64,000 nucleotides of DNA from an uncultured bacterium (GCA_963729625.1 CAVSOU010000010.1:192001-256000); one strand, 5' to 3'. Positions 50,356-60,975 are shown, counted from the first letter of the stretch. Notes: generated from the letters alone by a model not told the origin. Numbers and translations are program-made.

Positions 50356-50499
50356 CTGAAATTCGATACACTCTCCAAGTGCTACGGAGACGTCGTTGCG
50401 CTTCAGGACCTCAGCTTTAGCGTTCGGGCAGGTGAGCTCTTCTGCTTCGTTTGAGCTAACGGCGCCGGCAATGCGACCACCATGCGCATCGCCATGGGA
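50356..50499 (+). pseudogene. ABC ATPase N-terminal remnant
   Basis: LKFDTLSKCYGDVVALQDLSFSVRAGELFCFV*ANGAGNATTMRI; degenerate Walker A with TGA at 50452. Confidence 0.75.
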
Positions 50500-50504
50500 C
50501 GTGC

Positions 50505-50934
50505 TTGGTGCCGGGAGATCGTTTTTCGCCTGCTGCTGGGCGAGCAGGGCCACCGGCTGCGCCACCTGCCGCTATTGGGCGGGCACAGCCACCGCATCGC
50601 CCGGGCCGTCGAGCGGCTGCGCACCGAGTTCGACCGGCACCTGCGCATCGACGACCTCGCGCAGGAACTGGGCATGAGCTGATCAGGATTCCACGACCAC
50701 TTCAAGGCGATCACGGACCTCAGTCCGCTGCAGTTCCAGAAGGAGTTGCGCCTGCGGGAGGCTCGGCGCCTGATGCTGGGCGAGCATCTCGACGCCACCA
50801 GTGCCGGGTTCCGCGTCGGGTACCACGAGGCGTCGCACTTCAGCCGTGACTACAAGAAGCATTTCGGCATCTCGCCGGCGCGGGACATCGAGCACTTGCG
50901 CGCGACCGTAAGTGGCGCGGTGCAGCAGGTTTAG
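50505..50934 (+). pseudogene. AraC-family (YqhC-like) regulator, truncated with an internal stop
   Basis: REIVFRLL.GEQG, MS*SGFH.HFK..T..SPLQFQK.LRL.EARRLM, VGY..SHFSRDY. Confidence 0.85.
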
Positions 50935-50970
50935 ACTGAACCCACCAGAGGAACGCTCGACAAAAGGAGA

Positions 50971-51996
50971 TCACGGACCATAGGCCGCCTTGACCACTGC
51001 GCATGCGCGCAGCGTCACCCACTTACTCGGGCGGCCCTGGGAGTCCACGTCCGCCCAGGTCTTGCCCCTGGACACCGCCTGGTTCCGCCAGCGGCCGTCG
51101 CGGTCTTGTTTGCCCAGCAGCCATGTGAGAGCTGCCCCCAGACGCTCATCTCTTGCGAAGCCGAGCGCGCATAAGGCCTCCAGATTCTGGAGCATATCGG
51201 CGACGTAGCCGATGGGGAAGGCCAGCTTGAACCAGGATTGGCTGGGCGTAGAGGCTCCCCGGCCGGCCGGATATGTCGCGATGGCCGGGTCGCACCCCAA
51301 GAGGAACTCGACGCCCTGTTTGATCGCCCGGCGCACCGGATCCGTCCGTCGTTCGGCAGGAATGCGAGCGAGCGCGAGGAGCGCCTTGATCGCGCCCCAG
51401 GCGCATGGCAGATGCGCGTTCGCCGCACAGCAAAAGCCCGGCCCGCTGGTGCCCGACAAATAGTAGCTGCCGAAGTCGTCACCGGTGATTGCGCGCGCTT
51501 GCCAGTCAATCGCGCGCTGCACACGCTCGTCTTCAATCCAGCCGAAGCCGATCAGGGCATGCAGCAAGTTACCGTTCAGGCAGTGAATCACGAGCGACGG
51601 CCCCGGCGCCGCGTCTCGGGCTCCGCCGCCCCAGGCCGCGAACCCCCCCGAGCTGGCCTGCGTGTGTGAAAGCACGTAGGCACATGCCGCCTGCACCCGC
51701 CCATCGTCACCGTCCGCGCTCATCTGATCGAGAAATATGAGCTGCCAGACGGTCCCGCGGTATTTCGGGCTGTATCCCGGGCCCGGCTTGACCCAGAATC
51801 CTTCCGGATCCTGCGCCGCAAGAATGGAGGCGATTGGGTCGGCACGCATTGCGGCGGCCTGCGCCTGGCGCACCTCCGGAGCGGAGGCCGGCAGGTCAAG
51901 AAGCCGGCAGAGCGCCATATGGCGCACGGCAGGGGTTTCCGCGTCGAGCAGCCAGGGTAGCGGATCTCCGTTGAGCTTGTCCTGCCAAGTGCTCAT
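50971..51996 (-). CDS. Prenyltransferase/squalene-cyclase-like alpha/alpha-barrel protein
   Basis: LPWLL, QDPEGFW, YSPKY.GT.W, LLGKQDRDGRW, SKWVTL (QxxDGxW repeats). Confidence 0.7.
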   Translation of the reverse strand: MSTWQDKLNGDPLPWLLDAETPAVRHMALCRLLDLPASAPEVRQAQAAAMRADPIASILAAQDPEGFWVKPGPGYSPKYRGTVWQLIFLDQMSADGDDGRVQAACAYVLSHTQASSGGFAAWGGGARDAAPGPSLVIHCLNGNLLHALIGFGWIEDERVQRAIDWQARAITGDDFGSYYLSGTSGPGFCCAANAHLPCAWGAIKALLALARIPAERRTDPVRRAIKQGVEFLLGCDPAIATYPAGRGASTPSQSWFKLAFPIGYVADMLQNLEALCALGFARDERLGAALTWLLGKQDRDGRWRNQAVSRGKTWADVDSQGRPSKWVTLRACAVVKAAYGP

Positions 51997-52260
51997 TGCC
52001 CACCTCCTTCACATCGTCCATGCCTGTGCGGGGAGGTCCGCCGTCAAGGGCTGATTCCCGGCGCGGTACCGCTTCCCCGAACGAGCCGACAAGGGCACTG
52101 ACGCGATACCTCGTTCGATTGTGCCGACCGGGCGCCCATCACTCCTGGCCCGCGCACATTGGCACATAGTCGACAGCAGGACCGCGCGGTACGCCTGTAT
52201 TGTCGCCCGCACGATGATTTGATCGCAAATATCGCGAAGCGGTGCTGCGCGGCCCCCTGG

Positions 52261-53055
52261 TCAACATCTGAGGCTGGTGGATGGCAGGCTGCTCCGCACG
52301 CCTGACTTCATGTGACGCAGCAGGCCGAGTGAGGCGACTTGAAGGCACACGGCGACGCCCAGCGCGGTAAGAAACGCCGGTGCGATGCCGCTTCCCGGCA
52401 AGAGCTCGGCAAGAACGAAGTAGAAGCCGACAGTGGCCGACAGGCCGAGCACGAACCCACGCAGCAAGCTCGCCGCCGCGGCACGGCCACGCTGGGCGTG
52501 CGTAAAGGCAACGAAGATGCTCCCGTAGACCGGGAACGGCGCTATGAGGCCGGTCAGGCGGGCGCCGAGCGGCTGCGCCAAAGCCGTCAGAAGCAGAACG
52601 AGCACGGTCGCGGCCGCCATGCGCGCCGGCAGATCCCAGGGAGGGGCCGAGTACCGGGCATCGCCCCCGCTGCCCTGTCCGGGCATCACGTGGAGTGCGA
52701 GCGCCATGCCGGCCGCGACCACGATCAGCCAGGGCACTGCGCCCAGCTTGATTGGCTGCAGGACGAGCGTCGCCGTGACGAACGCGAGGCCGCCCGCGAG
52801 AACGGTCGTTCGCCAGCCGGCCATCCTGCCGATGTACGCGTAGGTCAGGCAGAATGCTACCTGCGACAGCGTGGCCGAGAGCGTGCCTACCGCGACAGAG
52901 GTTGCGAACGTCGTGCCATGCGTCAAAGCCAGGAGAAACGACACCGGGCCCGAGGTAAGTGGAAGACCGATGATGCAGCCGCTCACGGCCGGGCCCCAGC
53001 GCCTTCCTGCCAGACTGGCAGAGAGGATGAGCACGGGCGAGAGAAGCAACTTCAA
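52261..53055 (-). CDS. Hypothetical polytopic membrane protein
   Basis: LKLLL.P.LI..ASLAGRRWGP..G...GLPLTSGP; about 8-9 TM helices with two-fold internal similarity. The expected start (GGAGG + 8 nt) reads GTA. Confidence 0.75.
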   Translation of the reverse strand: MKLLLSPVLILSASLAGRRWGPAVSGCIIGLPLTSGPVSFLLALTHGTTFATSVAVGTLSATLSQVAFCLTYAYIGRMAGWRTTVLAGGLAFVTATLVLQPIKLGAVPWLIVVAAGMALALHVMPGQGSGGDARYSAPPWDLPARMAAATVLVLLLTALAQPLGARLTGLIAPFPVYGSIFVAFTHAQRGRAAAASLLRGFVLGLSATVGFYFVLAELLPGSGIAPAFLTALGVAVCLQVASLGLLRHMKSGVRSSLPSTSLRC

Positions 53056-53156
53056 TGCGAGCGTGTCTACAGCCGCTACCTCCAGCCGGAAACGTACACG
53101 CCTTTATGGTAGCCACCTGAAGCGCCGTGCGGGAAACCCGGTGCGGGCGGATGACG

Positions 53157-53999
53157 TTAGCCCTTGACGGCCCCGGCTGTCAGCCCTTCGACCAACCACC
53201 GCTGCACGAGCGCGAACAGGATGACGACGGGAACGATGATGATCACGGTGCCCGCGGCAACCTGTCCCCACTGGAGTATCAGCGATGAGCTGATCTGGTA
53301 GATGTAGAGTGGCATCGTGGCCGTGGCACTGCTGCTGGAGATGATAGACGCGAAGAGGTAGTCGCCCCACGACACGATGAAGGCGAAGAACGCCGCCACG
53401 GCCAGGCCGGGCAACGACGTGGGCAGCACGATCCGCACCAGGGCGGTCAGCTTGTTGCAGCCGTCGACCAGCGAGGCCTCGATCAGCGCCTGCGGCACGG
53501 CGTCCATGTAGCTCTTGAGCATCCACACGCAGAACGGCAAGGCCAGGATGGTTTGGCCCAGGATCATACCGAGATACGTGTTGGTCAGGTGCAGGTCCAG
53601 GATGATCGTGTAGAACGGCACCAGGATCAGCACGCTCGGGAACATCTGCGACGTCAATATGGTGATCAGCAGGAAGCGCCGGCCCCAAATGCGGTACTTG
53701 CTCAGCCCGTACGCAGCCAGTGTCGAGACCACGAGCGACAGCGCGGTCACCGACAGGGCGATGATCGTCGAGTTCTTGAGGTAGTCCTCAATCGAGCCTG
53801 ACGCAGACTGCCAGATGTCCTGGTACGAGCTGAAAGTGAAATCCCTCCCCTGCGGGATCAGGTTTCCACTGAAAATTGCCTGCGTGGTCTTGAACGATTG
53901 CAGCACCAGCCACAGGATCGGTATCAGGAAAAAGCCGTAGTACAGGAAGAGCAACACATAGATCATCACCATCCTGTACCACGTCATCCGGTTAATCAT
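53157..53999 (-). CDS. Carbohydrate ABC permease (MalG-like)
   Basis: NS.II, AAYGL, P.ALIEASLVDG, GLTAGAVKG. Confidence 0.93.
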   Translation of the reverse strand: MINRMTWYRMVMIYVLLFLYYGFFLIPILWLVLQSFKTTQAIFSGNLIPQGRDFTFSSYQDIWQSASGSIEDYLKNSTIIALSVTALSLVVSTLAAYGLSKYRIWGRRFLLITILTSQMFPSVLILVPFYTIILDLHLTNTYLGMILGQTILALPFCVWMLKSYMDAVPQALIEASLVDGCNKLTALVRIVLPTSLPGLAVAAFFAFIVSWGDYLFASIISSSSATATMPLYIYQISSSLILQWGQVAAGTVIIIVPVVILFALVQRWLVEGLTAGAVKG

Positions 54000-55003
54000 G
54001 TCTCCGTCTCCTTCACCGTGAGGATGTACGGAATGGAGACGACAAGCAGTATGACCATCATGATGACGCCTGCCGATGCGGCGTATCCCGCCGTGTAGTT
54101 GTGCCAGAACTGGAGGTACACGTAGACCGGCAGCACCAGCGTGGCGTTGATGGGCCCGCCACCGGTTGACAGATACACGAAGTCGAAGTTGTTGAATGTC
54201 CAGAGCACGTGGATGATCACCATGATCATGGCGATGTAGGCAATACCCGGCATGGTGATGTGCCGGAACCGCGAAATCGCCGAGGCGCCGTCGATGGCCG
54301 CGGCCTCGTACCGTTCGGCCGGTATGGAATTCATTGCCGCGAACAGCGCAATGCCGAAAAACGGCGTGTTCCGCCAGAGGTGCATGATCACGATCGAAGG
54401 AAAGGCGGTGTTCAGATTGCCGAACCAGTACGCGTTGAACTGCTTCAGGCCGAGATCTCTGAGGATGATGTTGAACAGGCCGTAGCTCGGCAGCCATACG
54501 AGGTTGAACATCATCACCGTGGCAACCACCGGGATGGTCCAGCTGGCCATTGTCACGCTGCGGAAGAACTGGATTCCCGGCACTTTCTCGTGCAGCAAGA
54601 GTGCCAGCCCGGTGCCTAGCACCAGCTCCAGGATCACGACGATAGCGGTCAGCTCTACTGAGTTGAGCAGCGCGGACGCGGGGTTACTGTTCCAGCTGGG
54701 AAAGCCGTTCCAGAAAGCAGAGTCGGCGAAGAGATTGCCAAAATTGTCGAAGCCCACCCAGTTCTGGACGCCAGGGGTCAGGGTGCCGGCATTCGTGAAG
54801 CTGAGAATAACACCCTGCAGCACTGGGTAGAGCACGACGAAGCCGATCAGCGCCAGCGCCGGCAGCGCCAGCACGTAGCCGAACCATTCGCGTTCTGGCA
54901 TATGAAGGACATCCGCGATGGCCCGCGGCAGGGGGCCGGGCTGGAGCCGAAGCCCCAGCCCGGTCTCGTCGGAAGCACCGGCGCGATCGGTCGGATCTTG
55001 CAT
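53996..55003 (-). CDS. Carbohydrate ABC permease (MalF-like)
   Basis: WVGFDNF, YEAAAIDGA, TGGGP..AT. Confidence 0.93.
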   Translation of the reverse strand: MQDPTDRAGASDETGLGLRLQPGPLPRAIADVLHMPEREWFGYVLALPALALIGFVVLYPVLQGVILSFTNAGTLTPGVQNWVGFDNFGNLFADSAFWNGFPSWNSNPASALLNSVELTAIVVILELVLGTGLALLLHEKVPGIQFFRSVTMASWTIPVVATVMMFNLVWLPSYGLFNIILRDLGLKQFNAYWFGNLNTAFPSIVIMHLWRNTPFFGIALFAAMNSIPAERYEAAAIDGASAISRFRHITMPGIAYIAMIMVIIHVLWTFNNFDFVYLSTGGGPINATLVLPVYVYLQFWHNYTAGYAASAGVIMMVILLVVSIPYILTVKETET

Positions 55004-55014
55004 GAACGATTCTG

Positions 55015-56358
55015 CTAGAGCACGCCACGCGCCAGCAACGTGTTCAAGTCGTGATACAAAGCCGTGCCGGCCTTGGCCGCAGTGGTCTGGTTGTACACCA
55101 CCGGCTGCAGCTCCTTGAAGATGGCGTCGAAGACGGCCGTCCAGTTCAGCGGATCGAGCGCCACGCCGTTCGGCACCAGCGCGCCGAAATCCTTGTGCCA
55201 CCAGTCCGAGGCCTGGGCGTCGGAACGCGTGGCGATAAAGCCGGAATCCGCCGACCAGACTTTCAGAACTTTCTCGGAGGTCAGGAACTGGATGGCTTCC
55301 CAGGCCGCGGCCTGGTTCGGGCTGTACTTGTTGAGCAGCAGCGGCTTGACTTCCAGATAGGTTCCGCTGCCGCCGCCGGGAGCGATCGGCAACGGCACGA
55401 TCGCCGTATCCTGTTGAATGATGTACTTCGGCAGGCCGCCGCCGTACGACTGGTAGGCCAGCATCCAGGGGCCTTCCGGCACCATGGCAAACTTGCCCGT
55501 GACGTAGCCGATGTCCTCGGAGTTATAGTCGATGCCAAGATACGTGTTGTCGATTGCAGGCTGGCTCCCCTTTGACTGCCCGTAGAACAAGTCGTGGTAC
55601 AGCTGATAGACCTTGGCGAGCTCTGCCGGCGTCGAATTGACCGACCACTTCTTCGTGGCTGGGTCCAGCTTGAAGAGGTGCTTGTTGATCTGGAAGAACC
55701 AGGAGATCCACTCCTGCGGACCACGCACCGAGGACACCATGGTGCACACCCCGAAGCCCGACATGCCGAGCACCGGACCATAGGATGCCTCGGTCTGGCC
55801 CTTGGTCGTAATGTACGAGGCCGTCTCCAGCAGCTCCGGCCAGGTCGTGGGAATCTTCAGCCCATAGTGCTTGAGTATGCTCTTGCGCACGAGCATGCCG
55901 CGGGCATTGGTGTTGTACGGGATACCGTACAGTTCGCCGTTGTAGGTCAAAGCGGAAACGGTGGAGGGGAAGAACTTGGTGTGGTCCGGCCAAGCGGCGA
56001 ACAGACTTGTCAATGGCGCGAGGTCTCCTGCGCGCACGCAGGCCACCATGTCCTCCCACAGGTCTTCCATGATGTCCGGAGAGCCAGTCTTGGCCTGCAG
56101 GAGGAACTTATCCTGCTGCTTTCCGTAGTCGCCCGGACCGTAGTCAGTCGTGAACTGGATGTTCGGAAGCGTGTCGTTCTTCAGGAACCAGGGAAGAAAC
56201 ACCTTGGTGTCCTGGCCATTGAGGAATGGAGTAGACCAGAAGGTAACAGGTGTCTTTCCTGCTGCCATTACGCGCTGCAACGAGCGCGGGTTCCCTAGTG
56301 CCGCCAGGGCTGCGGCCGCTCCAGCTCCCTTGAGGAATGTCCGCCGAGATGATGCCAT
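55015..56358 (-). CDS. Family 1 sugar ABC substrate-binding protein with a Tat signal
   Basis: SRRTFLK twin-arginine motif; YNGELYGIP, P.TW.EL, G.FAM..EGPW. Confidence 0.9.
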   Translation of the reverse strand: MASSRRTFLKGAGAAAALAALGNPRSLQRVMAAGKTPVTFWSTPFLNGQDTKVFLPWFLKNDTLPNIQFTTDYGPGDYGKQQDKFLLQAKTGSPDIMEDLWEDMVACVRAGDLAPLTSLFAAWPDHTKFFPSTVSALTYNGELYGIPYNTNARGMLVRKSILKHYGLKIPTTWPELLETASYITTKGQTEASYGPVLGMSGFGVCTMVSSVRGPQEWISWFFQINKHLFKLDPATKKWSVNSTPAELAKVYQLYHDLFYGQSKGSQPAIDNTYLGIDYNSEDIGYVTGKFAMVPEGPWMLAYQSYGGGLPKYIIQQDTAIVPLPIAPGGGSGTYLEVKPLLLNKYSPNQAAAWEAIQFLTSEKVLKVWSADSGFIATRSDAQASDWWHKDFGALVPNGVALDPLNWTAVFDAIFKELQPVVYNQTTAAKAGTALYHDLNTLLARGVL

Positions 56359-56814
56359 AGCATTGTCTCCTGTCTACAAACGGTGATAACAACGACCAAG
56401 CAATTCGTCACGCTGCTCGTATCGCCCGGTCGCGAAACTCTGGCACGTGTCACGGGAACCGTCTTGGGCCTCGAAAGAGACTGCGCGGCATGGAACAGCC
56501 CGGTTCGCATCTGCCGCCATGCGCGTTACGTGCAACCAAGCGCCTCCTAGATGCGGCGCTCAACGCACCGATGCACGTCTCGAGATCCTGCACGGCTGGT
56601 TCTGGAGCAGGCAACGCTCAATATGCCGGCCAGTCCTCCTGCTGTTTCATCGTGGACCTGATGCGAGCTGTCCGGAAACAATCGTCACACTCTTGGCAAG
56701 GCGTAAACGATGAGTGGAGTTCACACCAGTCCACAGGACGACCTACAGCCTAAGGCACAGCGAGAATCGGTTCAAGCGAATACTACATCGGCATGGACGT
56801 ACAAGAGTGTTTCC

Positions 56815-56844
56815 AGTATAATGCGTCTGGATTCGGCATGTCAA
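56815..56844 (-). promoter_or_regulatory. Putative promoter of the sugar ABC operon
   Basis: TTGACA-18 nt-TATACT, immediately followed by GGAAAC (LacI-type half site). Confidence 0.55.
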
Positions 56845-56966
56845 GGCGGCCGTTTCCGATGTTTCGGCGTTGCAAGTTTCCACATGTTTCGGCTATTTGG
56901 GTCACACCGGTAGATCGCCACAAGACGCAGACAGCCGTAAGGTGATAGCAGAGGACGGGAGTCAGA

Positions 56967-58016
56967 ATGCCTGCATCGCTCCGCGATGTAGCTCGCAGTG
57001 CCGGTGTGTCGGTTGCTACCGCCTCGCGCGCCCTGAATGGGTCGGGCGGGCGCTCCGTATCTCCGGAGGCGCAGGCGCTCGTCCGGAACGCGGTGGAGCG
57101 GCTGCAATACCGTCCGCCTGCGGCACCGGCCCGGCAGAGCAGAGGCCCCTCCGGTGCAACGCGACGGACAAACAGCATCGGTCTGCTGCAGCGAGCGACC
57201 TATCGCTATACCGACCCCTTCTGGTCGCCAGTGCTGGAGGGCGTCACCAAAGAAATATTGCGGCAGGGATATCACGTTCGCTGTCTCTATACTTTGGATG
57301 ACCTGACCCACCCCCGGCGCAGGCAGCTGCTGAACGCACGGTATATCGACGGCCTGATTCTCATCGGGGACGTTGGCCTTACCGACGACCTCGTCGAGCT
57401 CGTGCCGCCCGAGCACGTCGTCGTCATCGCCGGTTCCGACGCCACGCGATGGGAATCAGACGTCCGTTTCGACGTGATTACCATGGAGAAGCATGTGGCA
57501 ATGGACAGCCTGATCGGCCACGTCGCCGCTCAAGGCCACCGCCGACTTGGCTACCTGGGCCCGACCCCCGAGCACGACCGGCGCGCGGAAGGGTTCGTGT
57601 ACGCGCTGGCTCGCCACGGCCTCCCGCTTGTACCGGGTCTGTTCGTGGAGTGCGATTTCGGTACCGAAGCTGGGCATGCCGCTGCGTTGTCGCTCCTGAG
57701 TGCGCGTGCGCGCGACCTGGACGGCCTGATCTGTGCCTGCGACACTATCGCGATCGGCGCCATGCGTGCCGCAAAGGAGATCGGACTCCACCTGCCCGTT
57801 GACCTGGCTATCGCGGGCTTTGACAACATCCGATTCTCGCGCGACCTCGATCCCCCATTGACGACCGTACAGGTACCCAAGGAGTTGATGGGCGAGCTGG
57901 CCGCGCGACGCGTGATCGACTGCATCAACCACCCCGATTGGCCGCCGATCATTCAGATGGTGCCAACAAAGCTGGTGGTCCGTGCATCGTGCGGCGAGGC
58001 GCCGGCCGGCGCTTAG
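56967..58016 (+). CDS. LacI-family transcriptional regulator
   Basis: SLRDVARSAGVSVATASRALN, D.IAIGA, GFDN, PPLTTV. Confidence 0.95.
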   Translation: MPASLRDVARSAGVSVATASRALNGSGGRSVSPEAQALVRNAVERLQYRPPAAPARQSRGPSGATRRTNSIGLLQRATYRYTDPFWSPVLEGVTKEILRQGYHVRCLYTLDDLTHPRRRQLLNARYIDGLILIGDVGLTDDLVELVPPEHVVVIAGSDATRWESDVRFDVITMEKHVAMDSLIGHVAAQGHRRLGYLGPTPEHDRRAEGFVYALARHGLPLVPGLFVECDFGTEAGHAAALSLLSARARDLDGLICACDTIAIGAMRAAKEIGLHLPVDLAIAGFDNIRFSRDLDPPLTTVQVPKELMGELAARRVIDCINHPDWPPIIQMVPTKLVVRASCGEAPAGA

Positions 58017-58056
58017 CGCGTAAGAACAGGACTGACGGAGTGAAAGGATTGGACTG

Positions 58057-59385
58057 ATGGTCAAGATCGCGCTCATTGGAGCGGGCAGCGTGGTGTTTAC
58101 GCGAAATCTGATTGGCGACGTGCTGTCGTATCCTGCGTTGCACGACTGCACAATCAGCCTCATGGACATTGACGGTGAGCGGCTGGCCCTGGCGCGCGAT
58201 CTGGTGCAGGCCATTATCGACCAGCGCGGTATCCCGGCGCGCGTTGAGGCCACATTGGACCGGGCGTCCGCAGTCCGTGACGCGCGCTATGTCATCGTCA
58301 CGATGCAGGTGGGAGGGCTCGAGGCATACGCAATTGACATCGAGATTCCGGCCCGCTACGGGGTCGGGCAGTGCGTGGGCGACACGCTCGGCCCGGGCGG
58401 CATCTTCCGCGGCCTGCGAACCATCCCGGTTCTGCTGGACATCTGCCGTGAGATGGAGGATCTCTGTCCTGCAGGCGGCTTGATGTTGAATTACTCGAAC
58501 CCCATGGCAATCAACTGCTGGGCAGTCGCGTCGACAGGCAGGCCGCACGTCGGTCTCTGCCATAGCGTTCAGGGCACCTCGCGCATGTTGGCGAAATGGA
58601 TTGGCGTACCTTATGAGGAAGTCGACCATCGTGTCGCGGGAATCAATCACCAGGCCTGGTTCCTCGACCTCCGCCATCGCGGCGTGGACGCCTATCCGCG
58701 GCTGCGCGATCGCATTCGCGATGGCGACGTGATCGGCCAGGAGCCGGTACGCGTTGAGCTCATGCGCCAATTTGGCTACTTTGTGACGGAAAGCAGTGGG
58801 CACGCCTCGGAGTACGCTCCGTACTTCCGCAAGTCTCCAGCAATGGTCGACGAGCTCCGCGCGCGTTTCACGTCTCCAGAGGACGAGTGGTTCGACTGGG
58901 GACGTACCGGCGGCTACCTCAAGGAATGCCGCCGCCGCCTGACGACGTACCTCGACGACGTGCGCGCCCAGGCCGCCGGCCAAACGCCGTTGCCGGAGGG
59001 TCGCAGCGACGAGTACGGAGCCGGGATCATCAATGCCATGGAGACCGGTGTCCCATTCAGGTTCAATGGAAACGTGCCGAACACGGGCCTGATCGCGAAT
59101 CTGCTACCGGGGTCCTGTGTTGAGGTACCGTGCCTGGCAGACGGCATGGGCGTGCAGCCGACCGTGATTGGCATGCTTCCATCCCAACTTGCGGCGCTGA
59201 ATCGCACGGCTATCAACGTTCAGGATTTGGCTGTGGCAGGCGGGCTTCGCGGCGATCGCGAGGCGGTTGTGCACGCCGTCATGCTGGATCCGCTCACGTC
59301 GGCGATCTGCACCCTCGATCAGATTCGCAACATGACCGAAGAGCTATTCGCGGCCGAAAGCGCGTGGCTGCCGCAGTTTAGCTGA
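58057..59385 (+). CDS. melA: GH4 NAD-dependent alpha-galactosidase
   Basis: KIALIGAGS, DTLGPGG.FR.LRT, NYSNPM, GLCHSVQGT, GINHQ, TESSGH.SEY. Confidence 0.88.
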   Translation: MVKIALIGAGSVVFTRNLIGDVLSYPALHDCTISLMDIDGERLALARDLVQAIIDQRGIPARVEATLDRASAVRDARYVIVTMQVGGLEAYAIDIEIPARYGVGQCVGDTLGPGGIFRGLRTIPVLLDICREMEDLCPAGGLMLNYSNPMAINCWAVASTGRPHVGLCHSVQGTSRMLAKWIGVPYEEVDHRVAGINHQAWFLDLRHRGVDAYPRLRDRIRDGDVIGQEPVRVELMRQFGYFVTESSGHASEYAPYFRKSPAMVDELRARFTSPEDEWFDWGRTGGYLKECRRRLTTYLDDVRAQAAGQTPLPEGRSDEYGAGIINAMETGVPFRFNGNVPNTGLIANLLPGSCVEVPCLADGMGVQPTVIGMLPSQLAALNRTAINVQDLAVAGGLRGDREAVVHAVMLDPLTSAICTLDQIRNMTEELFAAESAWLPQFS

Positions 59386-59567
59386 CGCGGCGGCTGAAGA
59401 AGGTCACGACGACTCAGAGGCTTATTCGCGCAAACCAGGCGAAGAGGCGGCTAAGGCCGAGTATGCTGTTGGCAGCGGCGTACGCTATCATGGTGTTTGT
59501 AGTATCTCCGACTCTCTCAGTGCTGTGCGTCTCGTAGCGCGCGAATGGATTGAAACGTGCCACGACC

Positions 59568-60629
59568 ATGAGCCCTTCGCCGCATACACTCGTCATCGAC
59601 GGGCACAACGACGTGCTCCTCAGGCTATGGGAGGCCGACGGTCACGCCGCGCCTGACTTCTTCGCCCGAGGAAGTATCGGCCATCTCGATCTGCCGCGGG
59701 CAAAGGAAGGCGGTCTGGGCGCTGGGTTCTTCGCGGTCTTTGCGCCGGACCCTACCGAGCCGATAGACTCGGTGATCTCAAGCGCTGCGATGTACCAGGC
59801 TGACCTGCCGAGTCCCCTGCAGGGCGATTATGCCCTGCGAGTGAGCATCGCGCAGGTGGCCAGGCTCTTCCGGCTGGAACAACAGTCTGGCGGCCAGTTC
59901 AAGGTCGTGCGCGCCGTGACCGAGCTGGAGGAGTGCCTGCGGTCCGGTGTTCTTGCCGCGATTCTGCATATGGAAGGCGCGGAACCGATAGACGAAAGTC
60001 TCGATTCGCTGGAGGTCTTTTACCAGGCGGGGCTGCGCTCCCTGGGGCTCGTGTGGAGTCGTCCCAACGCCTTCGGAAACGGGGTACCGTTTCGCTATCC
60101 TTCCTCGCCGGACACCGGCCCGGGCCTGACTGATGCGGGTCGGGCGCTGGTGCGATCGTGCAACAGGTTGGGCGTGCTCGTCGATCTCTCGCATCTGAAC
60201 GAGCAGGGTTTCTGGGCGGTCGCGTCGCTGACCACTGCTCCGCTCGTGGCCACGCACTCCGGCGCACATACGATTTGTCCTGTAAGCCGCAATCTGACCG
60301 ACAAGCAGCTTGATGCGATTCGGGAGTCCGACGGCATCGTGGGGATGAACTTCGCGGTGAGGTTCTTGCGGCCCGATGGTGCGAACTCTCCGGACACGAC
60401 GTTGGAAACGATGGTGCGGCACCTTGACTACTTGGTGGAGCGGCTTGGCATCGACCACGTGGGGCTTGGCTCGGACTTTGATGGAGCAGTCATCCCCGAG
60501 GCGATCGGCGATGTTGCCGGCCTTCCGGTTCTGCTGAATGCTCTGCGCTCAAATGGTTACGACGAGAGTAACCTGGCGAAGCTTGCGCACGGCAACTGGC
60601 TGCGCGTCCTGCGGACTACATGGCAGTAG
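59568..60629 (+). CDS. M19 (membrane/renal-type) dipeptidase
   Basis: IDGHND, HMEG, DLSH, THS, RNL.D, GSDFDG. Confidence 0.93.
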   Translation: MSPSPHTLVIDGHNDVLLRLWEADGHAAPDFFARGSIGHLDLPRAKEGGLGAGFFAVFAPDPTEPIDSVISSAAMYQADLPSPLQGDYALRVSIAQVARLFRLEQQSGGQFKVVRAVTELEECLRSGVLAAILHMEGAEPIDESLDSLEVFYQAGLRSLGLVWSRPNAFGNGVPFRYPSSPDTGPGLTDAGRALVRSCNRLGVLVDLSHLNEQGFWAVASLTTAPLVATHSGAHTICPVSRNLTDKQLDAIRESDGIVGMNFAVRFLRPDGANSPDTTLETMVRHLDYLVERLGIDHVGLGSDFDGAVIPEAIGDVAGLPVLLNALRSNGYDESNLAKLAHGNWLRVLRTTWQ

Positions 60630-60796
60630 CCGCAGGCAGACGTATGGCGCACGTCCCAGATCGCGCCATCGGGAATCACGGCTGATCGAGGCCTCGTAGC
60701 TGCCGTTCATTGCCGAACGGCTGTGCTATGCAGAAGGCCGGAGCACGAGCAGGGCGATCCTGACCACTCGGGCAACGCCGCCCTCTGCAAAGCGTT

Positions 60797-60826
60797 TGAC
60801 ACGATCACACGCGATAACCTACACTG
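60797..60826 (+). promoter_or_regulatory. Putative promoter of the dpp-like operon
   Basis: TTGACA-18 nt-TACACT. Confidence 0.55.
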
Positions 60827-60975
60827 AGGCACCATTTAGCAAGGTTCTTGGACTGGTCCGAGAAGGAGGAGGTGTGGATCGCGCCTATCATGAAGAGGTC
60901 CGGCGGGCCGTCAAAGCCCAATTCCGATTGCGCGGGAATGGACATTCAGGAATTCATCGCAAGTTCTTTGGGAGG

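Noticed and set aside
50452-50682. Two in-frame TGA codons suggesting recoding (Sec, Gly or Trp)
   Set aside because: Both lie in otherwise decayed fragments (broken Walker A, missing N-terminus), and TGA is a normal stop across the window.
50971-51996. NifH label that, from memory, databases sometimes attach to this family
   Set aside because: No P-loop GKGGIGKS or NifH Cys motifs; it has QxxDGxW alpha/alpha-barrel repeats.
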